From contig JBNRSN020000770.1 of assembly GCA_051313645.2 (NCBI GenBank), positions 62,001 through 113,517 on the forward strand: a DNA stretch of 51,517 nucleotides. The letters run 5' to 3'. Origin of the DNA: Centroscyllium fabricii. Taxonomy: Eukaryota. The translations under genes and the position numbers were made by a program. Of this stretch, positions 23,950-34,341 are shown piece by piece (positions within the stretch are counted from its first letter, which is position 1; every line of letters begins with the position of its first letter). The notes beneath the pieces were generated by a model, which worked only from the letters and a program-made list of their open reading frames with translations, was not told the DNA's origin and made no database searches.

Positions 23950-25202
23950 GGGCCCTGTTTTCCTCTGTGATAGTAAGTGCGTGCGCTAGGACCCTGTGGA
24001 CTCCTAATCGCATGCACCAATATCGCACAGAAGTTTCACCGTCAATTCCTCCCCGTTCCTGCGCTGCGTGGCAGTCCAACCACGCTAGTTGCGCAGTGTA
24101 TGCCCCGCCCACAAATCCCAAATTTAAATTAAAAACGCCCCCAGATCCCTAATTTAAATAAACAGATCCAGAGTCGGACCTTTGTGAGAGCAGGGAAGTG
24201 CGGAGCTGCACTCACAGACTCGGCGGGGGAGCAGCGCGGGCAGAGCAGCTGCTCAGAGGAAGAAACGGAAGGTAAGTCTCCCATTTTTTCCTTTATGATT
24301 TTTTAATAGCTAGAGCAGCGGTCTCCAACCGCCGGGCCACGGCCCATAACCGGGCCGCGGGACCGCGCCACCGGTCATCGAGAAGTCTTTGAATCCGCGC
24401 ATGCGCCGAATCATCGACCTCGTAGCGGCAACTGCAGGACGGGCCGCCGCTGCTGCTATCAATCCGACCCAGCTTAAAACTGCAGCCGGAGCGCTTGGGA
24501 ATCGGCACCCACCCCCCCCTGTTCAGATAGAAATCCATTGCCAGCACCCCCCCCCCCATGCTGAGATGGAAATCCTTCGCCAGCCACCCCCCCCGCAGAG
24601 ATAGAAATCGCTCGTCAGCCCCCCCCGCCCTGAGATAGAAATCGCTCATAGCGCCCCCCCCCGCTGAGATAGAAATCGCGAGAAATTGACAAGCCGAAAA
24701 CGGGCCGCGAACGCAAAAAGGTTGGAGACCACTGAGCTAGAGAGTTAAAAACTTCAGAAATTTAACTTTAAAAATTAGCGATTTGAAACAGTTAAATTAA
24801 CTTAAAATCGGATTTGTAAATTAAAAAAAAACTTTAACTTAAAAATTTAACGCTTCCGATCTGGCCACACTACTCCCAAAAACTGTAAACAAATTAAATT
24901 AAAGTTAAAAAATGAACATACCTGCTTCAGTAACTAAATCTTTTCCCTCACGCATGAGTTCACTACTCGTTTTTCTGTGTGCAGCTTGTGAGCCAGTTGC
25001 ACATGGAATCACTCTCCACAAATCACCGTTCTGACTGGAAATCGTCAGTGTAAGGTCTTCATGCGTTGGATGCTGACGGGCCTTAAAAATCAGCACAGGA
25101 AATTCCCGTTCATGGGCATCCCCTGTGCTGCACACCCACGGGGCATTTCTGACCCCCCTTTGTGCGTGTGCAGCTCCTCTGGAGCACAGGAAAACAGGGC
25201 CC
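23950..25202. mobile_element. Non-autonomous PIF/Harbinger-like MITE
   Basis: Perfect 15-bp TIRs GGGCCCTGTTTTCCT / AGGAAAACAGGGCCC; 3-bp flanks ATT/ACT (imperfect TSD). Confidence 0.8.
24316..24734. mobile_element. hAT (Charlie-like) MITE, 419 bp
   Basis: TIRs CAGCGGTCTCCAACC / GGTTGGAGACCACTG; perfect 8-bp TSD AGCTAGAG (24308-24315, 24735-24742); internal ~32-bp GAGATAGAAATC-poly(C) repeats. Confidence 0.93.
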
Positions 25203-26712
25203 ACTATAACAAAACCATATATAACGGGTTGTTGTACAATGCAAGAAATGTTTTATAATTGGTAAATAAATTAAGGATATGGTGTGTGTACCAGGAGCGG
25301 AATAAGGAAATTCCACAGAAAAATAATGGAATCCGGGTAAAGGTAATACAATAAATCAGGGACTAGTAGCTTCAGAAAGTAAGGGCTATATACAACAATG
25401 CTGGCCTCGGTGGTGGAGGAAACTCTCTCACCAGTGTTCTTGTATTTACTCAAGCATTTTCATCGGCTTTAAAAATCAGGATGTTGATTGGCCACATATT
25501 CATAAATATGATGTAATGATTACCTCAGCAGGATATGAGATTCCCACAGACCATATAGAGATCACCGGGACAGAACGTAAAACCTTTATGATGACTTTCA
25601 TACATGAGAGAAATTATAGAGATTTAGAGAATACATATATTTTTCATAATATAATTCGACAATGCAATAACTGGATGTGTACCGGAAAATGGGCATGTCT
25701 ATACTGCTAAGATTACAGCTTATGAGAAACCAAGTCATTCAGAACCACAAGAGGGTGTACCCGAGGAACAATGTCCCCAATTGACAATTATACCCACCTC
25801 TAAGGCAGTGTATCATGAAGTGATTCCAGATGTGGTCCCTTTTTACCTAAATTTAACAGAGGTGATAATGTCAAAGAGTTGCCCTGACAAAACAGCACAA
25901 CTAACTCATAGAATCCTGCAGCAGGTTTCTTATTAGTACAGGGAAAACGTGACCTTATCTATAGGTATAGACAAAACAGACATGCATCTGATCAAGCAGC
26001 ACACAATGATGTATGCGTTTGGTACGGGAATTGACTGATTAAACAAATTAGGGAATACCGTCTGATCATCAATCAGGGACGTCTCTCTACTGGGTTCACA
26101 AAGAAATACTTATCAGGGCTATCCAGTTATTATGATGATGCAGAGCTATGTAAGATCAGGAGTTCGATTAGGACCCACCCAGTCAAACACAAATAGCACA
26201 AGGTAGGGAGTCAAAGTTTGATGGGACAAATGAAACAAATTCCTAGTCTAATGAATCGAACTGGCCCCAAACAGTGATTTAGGATACAGAATGTAGGAGC
26301 AGTACAGGGGGATACTGTTGCCTAATTTCTCACGGCACCTCGATGGCGAGTCCCATTAGAAAAGCTATCATGTATTGAACCAAAATTCCAGGGATGCAAT
26401 AGAACCGAGGATGCCTTTTGGCTGTCCATACGGTTTACATGAACATTCAAAGGAGAGCTGTGGATACGGTTGCAGTGAATAAAGATTAAACTGTGCTATG
26501 GAAGTGACAGGCCCATCAGATGTAAGAACTAGAACAGCCTTCATATGAGATGGGAGGGAGTGTTTTACCACTTTAGAAAACTCCGATAGTCATGGAACAC
26601 TCGACAGTTCAATAGCCCCAGGGACCCACTGTGTCACCCCTGCAAAGACTACGGTAATATGAGGAAGAATTGTCCTTGTAATAGCCTCACATGGCCAAAC
26701 ATTACCACAGGT

Positions 26713-27256
26713 TGTCATAGGTTGGATTCCCCTTTAAATTTTAGGTGGCCTCTTCTCCCTTAAATTGGCCAGTACCTCGTTTACCACTGCATACACCTGA
26801 TTGGACAGCTCTAATCAACCAATATAGCTTGAGCTGTTTATAAGCTTCCACTTTGCACCAGGAGTTTGCCAGATCGTTAATTCTGTTACTGTGATACATG
26901 TGTTCTGTTCCTAGCTCTCTGATCCAGTCGATTTGTGTTACTGACCTGCTTACAGAAGAATTGGATTCTACTCTGCTGGAAATCTGTGTTGGAGTTTGTC
27001 CCTTCGGTGAAGCGGACTACCTGGAGAATTACTGTTTCTGCATTTGGACTTATTGCTCTCTATTACCTGAACTCTGTTTTGGACTTGTTACCCTCTATTA
27101 CCTGAACTCTGGTTTGGACTTGTTTGTCCCTGTGAACTTACTGCAGTTATTGACTTTATGTTTCTATATCTTCTGACGACTCGGAAATAAAGGAATTTTA
27201 TTTCTACGCTGGTTTCCGGTGTTTTGCATTTGGGCCCTACCATCAAGGCAATTACA
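26713..27256 (+). repeat. Chromovirus 5' LTR (544 bp)
   Basis: Direct repeat of 32745-33293; TATAAG at 26839; AATAAA at ~27186. Confidence 0.96.
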
Positions 27257-27268
27257 GAACTATCTGGC
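27257..27268 (+). promoter_or_regulatory. Self-priming primer-binding site
   Basis: GAACTATCTGGC; 27258-27268 is complementary (10/11) to GCCAGATCGTT at 26868-26878, 29 nt after the TATA box. No TGG tRNA-type start next to the LTR. Confidence 0.75.
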
Positions 27269-27273
27269 CAAGA

Positions 27274-28241
27274 ATGGACCCAGCAGACACACTGAAGCGT
27301 CTGGCACAGGTCGAAGACGCCCTATCACACCAGAGGCAGGCCTTGGGGATATTGATCACTCAAATGGAGCAGCTAACCGCCGCCTGGAACTCGCGGGCAG
27401 CGTCGGATCCGGCAGGGATTCCACCACCACCAGGCCCGGCTTCAGCATCGGTGTCGGCACACATGCCTCACCTACAAGGCCTCACACCCGAACCCCGAGT
27501 CGTAATACCGGAACGTTATGCCGGTGAACCTGAGCAATGTATTCCCTTTCTTACTAACTGTTCCATTCTGTTTTCATTGCAGCCCCGCACCTTTGCCAAT
27601 GAGATGGCAAAGGTAGCCTTTGTGATTAACCACCTCACTGGAAGAGCTCGTCTTTGGGGAACCGCCGAGTGGGAGAGAGAGACTCAGGCTTGCTCTTCTT
27701 TCAAGTGATTCGCCACCGAATTAAGAAAGGTGTTCGGCAGGTTACCTTCGGCTCTGAAGCAGCTCGGGGACTCATGAATCTGAGCCAGGGCAATCAGACA
27801 GTTGCTGATTACTCAATAGACTTCCGAATCAGGGCTCGGCTGAGTATTTGGAATTCGGCTGCATTATGTGACGTTTTTCTTCATGGGCTTGCAGGCTGCA
27901 TCAAGGCTGAACTGGTCTCCTATGATCTCCCTTCCACCCTGGATGAACTAATTAGTCTTGCCACCAGGATCGATCTCCGTATCCAGGCGCGTCGACGTGA
28001 GAGACTACTGGGAACGACTGGTCGACATCCTCCAAAACGGACTCAAGAGATATTCGTGGCATCCAGGAATACTGCGACAGCAGGGTCAGGGCCAGTGGAC
28101 ACCGAACCAATGCAATTCGGTCGCACCTGTATCTCATTGATGGAGCATAAACGACGCCACAGGGGTAATCTCTGTTTGTACTGCGGTCAGGCAGGCCAAT
28201 TTGTTTCCCAATGCCCAGCAAAAGACCGGACTCACCAGTAG
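27274..28241 (+). pseudogene. gag: Chromovirus gag (frameshifted near 27705-27730)
   Basis: PERYAGEP..C..FL, LTGRARLW, LSQGNQTVADYSIDFR, EPMQFG, zinc knuckle CLYCGQAGQFVSQC (His lost). Confidence 0.9.
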
Positions 28242-28329
28242 ATGGAGTCGTACTGGGGAGTCGAACTCCTACAAGACTCTCTCCCAATCCACGACCCTTG
28301 TGCCAGGCCAGACTTCTTCTTCCCAGTTG

Positions 28330-30349
28330 ATCCCAGACTCTCGCCACCTTTATTGACTCTGGAGCAGACATCAACATTATCGATGAAGATCTGGTCACAC
28401 AGCTGGAGATCGACCGGGTTCCACTGCCACAGCCAGTTCCTGCCAACGCCCTAGACGGCCACCTCCTGGGAACGGTGACACATCAGACCTCACCGGTTCA
28501 TATGCTTCTGTCTGGGAATCATCATGAAAACATACAATTTCATATCTTGAAATCACCTCGGCTTCCTTTAATTCTGGGACACACTTGGCTTCGCCGCCAC
28601 AACCCTCACATTGACTGGAACACGGGAGCTATTTCGGGGTGGAGTTCCTCCTGTCACCAGGTCTGTCTGAAACAGGCTACCGTCATCTGGCAGCCAGTAA
28701 CACCTCTTCCCGCTTCAGATCTTTCAGTGGTCCCCACCGACAACCATGATTTTAGGGAGGTGTTCAGCAAGGCTAGAGCCACGTCGCTGCCTCCACATCG
28801 CCCCTATGACTGCGTCATTGATTTGCTGCCAGGTTCTTCCCCACCCAAGGGACGTCTGTATTATTTGTCTGCACCTGAGAGGGAGGCCATGGAAACATAC
28901 ATCGGTGACTCTATGGCGGCGGGGATCATCCGTTCCTTTTCATCACCAGCTGGGGCTGGATTCTTTTTTGTGGGCAAGAAGGACGGGTCGCTGCAACCAT
29001 GCATCGACTACAGGGGTCTTAATGACATTACGGTGAAGAACCGGTATCCTCTTCCTCTCATCTCTTTGGCTTTTGAGTTGCAACAGGGGGCGACCATCTT
29101 TACAAAGCTGGATCTACGTAACGCTTATCATCTGGTCGATGAATGGAAGACTGCTTTCAACACCCCCTCTGGACATTATGAGTACCTCATTATGCCGTTC
29201 GGGTTAACCAACGCCCCGGCGGCATTCCAGGCCTTGGTTAATGATGTTTTACTTGACATGCTGAATAGGTTTGTGTTTGTGTACATGGACGACATTCTAA
29301 TCTTTTCCAAATCTCATGAGGAGCATGCGCACCACGTCCAGACGGTCCTACAACGGCTCCTGGAGAACTCATTGTTCGTGAAGGCAGAGAAATGTGAATT
29401 TCAGGTCACTACCTACTCTTTCCTGGGGTACATCATTGCGCAGGGGAGCATGCAGATGGATCCAGAGAAGGTGTCAGCTGTTCCGTCATGGCCTAGTCCT
29501 GAGACACGCAAACAACTACAGTGGTTTCTGGGATTCGCCAATTTTTATCGATGGTTCATTCGTAGCTACAGTACGGTAGCGGCTCCGTTATCGGCTCTTA
29601 CCTCCTCAATGGTGCCGTTCATGTGGTCTCCTGCAGCGGAGGAAGCTTTTCGAGATCTCAGGTCCCGGTTCACTTCTGCTCCCATTCTCCAGGTGCCTGA
29701 TCTGGATCAGCAGTTCGTGGTAGAGGTGGACGCATCAGATGTTGGAGTAGGAGCTATTCTGTCTCAACATTCGGCTTCAGACCAAAAGCTACATCCCTGT
29801 GCCTATTTTTCCAAGCGCCTTTCCTCGGCTGAGATGAACTATGACATCGGGAACCGGGAGTTACTGGCGGTCAAAATGGCATTGGAGGAGTGGCACCATT
29901 GGCTAGAGGGGACCAAGTTGCCGTTCCTAGTATGGACTGACCACAAAAACCTGGAATATATTCGCACGGCCAAGAGGTTGAATTCACGGCAGGCGAGGTG
30001 GTCTCTCTTTTTTACATGTTTCAAATTCACCCTCTCCTACAGACCTGGTTCCCGCAACGTCAAGCCTGATGTTCTGTCCCGCCAGTTCCAGAAGGAGGAG
30101 GGTCCCACTCCTGGATCGGACCTTATCCTTCCAGCTCCTTGTCTTATTGCTGCGGTTACGTGGGAGATCGAGGAGAGAGTGAGATCAGCCATGGGAGATC
30201 AGGCTGGACCCAGCGGTTGTCCTCCCGACCGTCTATTCGTCCCCATGAACATTCGACCGGTTGTTCTCCTATGGGCCCATGCTTCCAAGCTTTCCTGCCA
30301 TCCGGGGGCTCAAAGGACCAAGGAAGTTATATTGCGGAGGTTCTGGTGG
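28330..30349 (+). pseudogene. pol: Chromovirus pol: protease, RT, RNase H, start of integrase
   Basis: FIDSGAD upstream in the frame of ORF 28475; [12 protein letters not shown] (short deletion before DEWKTAF), [27 protein letters not shown]. Confidence 0.93.
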
Positions 30350-31322
30350 TGTAACGGACAGGTGTAAACGGAATGAGGGCGGGGCCCAAATGCAGAGACA
30401 CTGAAACGTCTTTGATAGCAAAACTCCTTTATCACAAAAACCCCGTAGAATAGCATAAACATACAAATATATAAGAAAACATATTGAACACAAGTCATAT
30501 GTAAAGACTGGCACAGACTTCCCAAAATAGCGAGTAATGGATAGAGGGGTGCCACGCAACCATGCGCGTCATTCTCCCGAGGAATACAAGTCCAGGCATA
30601 ACTGTCCAACTTAAACGAGCTCTCCTCTAGAAGCAGGACAACCACAATCCAAATACTTAAAGAGAAACGAACAAGTTCTCCTCTGCGAATAGGACATCAC
30701 AATCCACACTATCCGTAGAGGATTTGGCAACAGCTAATGCATACAGGTATCAAATGTCCAAACCTGGATTCGGATGAAGATACGAATGTCCAAGTAGTGG
30801 ATTCAGATCCACAAGCAGGGGAACGCCCTTACTCCACATATGAGTTGTCCATTGCTGGGTTCCAGATAGCAGAGCGCACTGTCAAGGCAGAGTGATCTGA
30901 TCTCCACCCCAATGCCTCTGTCGGGCAACACAGCCTGAGCACCAGAAATAGCAGAGTGCAAAATAAAGGCTGAGTCCGACGATCTCCAAACCTCCTTGCC
31001 TCTGACGGCAGCTCAGCACAGCAGCAGTAACCACTTCATCCAGTGACCTGAAGAATGTGTGGTAGAAGTCCAGTTCAGTAACACATTACAACACAATGAT
31101 CCCGCACTGCTCTCATGCCTACCTCCAGTTTATGAACTAAAACCAGCAAGCAAACCATTTGGTGATAGCCAATAACTTAGAGGCAATGAGAGCAGGACAC
31201 AACTAGCAATAGACAGATAATAGAATAATTAATGACATAACAGGGGAACCCAGTCCTCAAAACAGCTGTGAAGCACAGCAAAATCTGTTTTTCATTCTTA
31301 AAGGAACAGGCACCCTGTGACA
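30350..31322 (-). mobile_element. Solo LTR of a related chromovirus family (973 bp)
   Basis: TG..CA ends, TSD GGTGG (30345-30349, 31323-31327); shares GCATTTGGGCCC near the U5 end with the other LTRs; removal restores [22 protein letters not shown] in frame. Confidence 0.92.
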
Positions 31323-31327
31323 GGTGG

Positions 31328-32657
31328 GATACTCTGGAGGAGGATACCCGGGAATTTGTCAACGCCTGCTCGTTATGTAACCAACACAAGCCGTCTCGTC
31401 GGGCCCCTGCTGGTCTTCTGCAACCTCTGCCGATACCACATCGTCCTTGGTCCCACATATCCTTGGACATTGTTACTGGTCTGCCCTCATCAATGGGACT
31501 AACCACGGTCCTGACTGTGGTGGACCGATTCAGTAAGATGGCCCACTTCATACCTCTGCCTAAACTGCCCTCAGCGAAGGAGACAGCGGAACTCATGCTA
31601 CAACATGTTTTCCGGCTTCATGGGCTTCCTTTAGACGTAGTCTCCGATCGGGGTCCTCAGTTTACATCGTCATTCTGGAGGGAGTTTCGCAGTCTGATCG
31701 GGGCCACAGTCAGTCTGTCTTCGGGGTTTCATCCACAGTCCAACGGGCAGTCAGAACGGATGAATCAAGAGATGGAGAAGGTGCTCCGATGCATGGTCTC
31801 CCAGAATCCCTCTTCCTGGTCCCAGTTACTCCTGTGGGTAGAACACACTCACAACACTCTGACCAGCTCCACCACCGGACTCTCCCCGTTCCAGTGCGCC
31901 TATGGATTCCAGCCTCCATTGTTTCCGGACCTGGAGAAGGAGGTTTCCTGTCCGTCCGTCCAGGCATTTATTCAGCGTTGTCGCCATTCATGGGACCAGG
32001 CTCGGACTTTGTTGCTTCACTCGGCGGATCGATACTCGGCTGCTGCCAACCGTCGTCGTTCGGAGGCTCCTGAATATCAGGTTGGGCAGAAGGTGTGGCT
32101 CTCCACTAAGGACCTACCTCTCCAAGTGGAGTCGAAGAAGCTTGCTCCCCGTTTTATTGGACCCTTCGAGGTCCAGAAGATCATCAACCCAGCTGCTGTG
32201 AGACTCAAGCTCCCTCAACCCATTGCGGGTTCATCCCACATTTCACGTCTCACGCAACAAACCAGCACGTGCGAGTGCTTTGGTACCTGTTGCCACGCCC
32301 CCTCCACCTCCTCGTATGCTCGACGGTGGGCTGGTCTACACTGTTCATCGCCTACTTCGCTCCCGTCGTCGAGGGAGAAGACTTCAGTACCTGGTGGACT
32401 GGGAGGGGTATGGTCCAGAAGAGAGGTCCTGGGTTCCTGCTCGCCACATAGTGGATCCTCAACTCATTGTCGATTTTCACAGGAGGCATCCCGACCAGCC
32501 AATTAAGAGGACTGCGATCCCTGGGGAGTCTGGACAAGGGCCCGGTCCCGTGCAGTTCAAGGAAACCCTGAACGAGGAGGTAGAATCTGCTAATGAGGGG
32601 GATTCCATTCAGTCCTGTGATGAGATGGACATGGAGGAGGGCCCCGAGGACTGTTAG
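31328..32657 (+). pseudogene. Chromovirus integrase core, GPF motif and chromodomain (frameshift ~32222)
   Basis: [33 protein letters not shown]; [32 protein letters not shown]. Confidence 0.93.
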
Positions 32658-32744
32658 TCCCTCCTCCGCACCCCTCCACCCACCCGATTCCGGCATTTGG
32701 TGTTTTGGGACGTCAGGAGTCGTCCCTTGAGGGGGGGGGGGTTC

Positions 32745-33293
32745 TGTCATAGGTTGGATTCCCCTTTAAATTCTAGGTGGCCTCTTCTCCCTTAAATTGG
32801 CCAGTACCTCGTTTACCACTGCATATACCTGATTGGACAACTGTAATCAACCAATATAGCTTGAGCTGTTTATAAGCTTCCACTTTGCACCAGGAGTTTG
32901 CCAGATCGTTAATGCTGTTACTGTGATACATGTGTTCTGTTCCTAGCTCTCTGATCCAGTCGATTTGTGTTACTGACCTGCTTACAGAAGAATTGGATTC
33001 TACTCTGCTGGAACTCTGTGTTGGAGTTTGTCCCTTCGGTGAAGCGGACTACCTGGAGAATTACTGTTTCTGCATTTGGACTTATTGCTCTCTATTACCT
33101 GAACTCTGGTTTGTACTTGTTACCCTCTATTACCTGAGCTCTGGTTTGGACTTGTTTGTCTCTGTGAACTTACTTCAGTTATTGACATTATGTTTCTATA
33201 TCTTCTGACGACTCGGAAATAAAGGCATTTTATTTCTACGCTGGTTTCCACGCTGGTGAATTGCATTTGAGCCCTACCATCAAGACCATTACA
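32745..33293 (+). repeat. Chromovirus 3' LTR (549 bp)
   Basis: Matches the 5' LTR with a few percent differences by eye. Confidence 0.96.
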
Positions 33294-33803
33294 CAGGTAG
33301 AATATTATTTTAAAATAAATCTAGAAGATTATGTTGCAAGGTTCGAATCTGACATCCCTGAATTAGCTGAAGCATTAATCGAGCTAATAGGTCAAGGGAG
33401 CACCTCTCAACAACATTATCATACATTGGTGCAAGGAAACAAACACATAGCTGAGGAAATTCCAGACATCTAGATTCAGACCCAATGGTGGGATATAGGA
33501 GCAAATATAGACTTTTCTCATTGGATTAGAATAACTTCACATGTACTGGTCATAGCCCAACTCAAAGTATTAATATGCGTACTACTATACACCTGCTAAC
33601 GGAAACACCTGATGTCTAATACACAATCCCGTTTACATATGATCACAACCCAAAAAACCTCAGAGTTACACACACGAAAGGGAAGTAATCCATATGTAAG
33701 AGTTTAGTTTTGAGGGGTCGGATAACGCCTCACCCTCAATATAGGGATTTGGAGAATAAGGTTATTTGTATTATTTAGTAAATTAAGTTTGTATATATTT
33801 AAT

Positions 33804-34341
33804 GGGCCAGAAATTCGAGTGGCCCGCAGCAGTTGCATCCACACGGAGGCAGGCCCACGGATCGGAGCTTTCCGATGCTGAGGGAGAAGTGCCCTCAGCA
33901 TCAAACGCAGGAGTGAGTTGCACCCAAAAATCCCGATGGAAATCGGTGATAATTGCTGCGTGATTCTGTGGGCAAGTTGCCCACAAGCTGCACGGGAGAA
34001 AAGCAGTAGTAACTCGTGCGTGAGGGAGAGCAGTGCGTTCCTAAACCAGGTAAGTTACTTTTTTACCTTTAATTTTAAGTTTTAACAGTTTTGGGGAGTA
34101 ATGGGGCCAGATCGGTAGTATTAAATTTGGAAGTTAAAGTTTTTAAAAAAACATTACAAACCGGATTTTCAATTACTATACCTATTCCAAATCGCTAATT
34201 TTTAAATTTAAAGTTCTGAAATTTTTAACTATTTAGTTAAGTTAACAAAATAGGAGAAAAAATAGCTGAGACTTATCTCCGGTGAAAAGCTGCTCTGGAG
34301 GCGCTGCTCACTGCCGAGTCTGTGGGTGCAGCGCCTCACGT
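33804..34341 (-). mobile_element. Harbinger-like MITE fragment, truncated at an LTR
   Basis: Starts GGGCCAGAAATTC; ~34085-34335 is the reverse-complement homologue of ~24200-24890 but lacks the hAT insert. Confidence 0.7.

Larger units (their letters stand above)
26713..33293 (+). mobile_element. Full-length Ty3/Gypsy chromovirus (Tf1/sushi group), disrupted
   Basis: TG..CA LTRs, TSD CAGGT (26708-26712, 33294-33298), gag-PR-RT-RH-IN-chromodomain, G-run PPT at 32729-32741. Confidence 0.97.
23865..33707 (+). pseudogene. Decayed viral envelope/fusion-glycoprotein-like ORF in three pieces (23865-23949, 25206-26712, 33299-33707)
   Basis: Frames rejoin across both insertions. Sequons NGS, NCT, NKT, NLT, NVT, NRT; Cys-rich ectodomain; WWDIG..SHWIRI followed by hydrophobic VLVIAQLKVLICVLLYTC and a tail ending NPYVRV*. 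Many stops. Confidence 0.65.

Noticed and set aside
26898-27176. Duplicated 92-aa hydrophobic ORF (also 32930-33208) as an accessory gene
   Set aside because: Lies within the LTRs; duplication is explained by LTR identity and hydrophobicity by T-rich sequence.
33261-33707. Env belonging to the chromovirus
   Set aside because: It lies outside the 3' LTR and continues on the far side of the TSD, so it is the insertion target.
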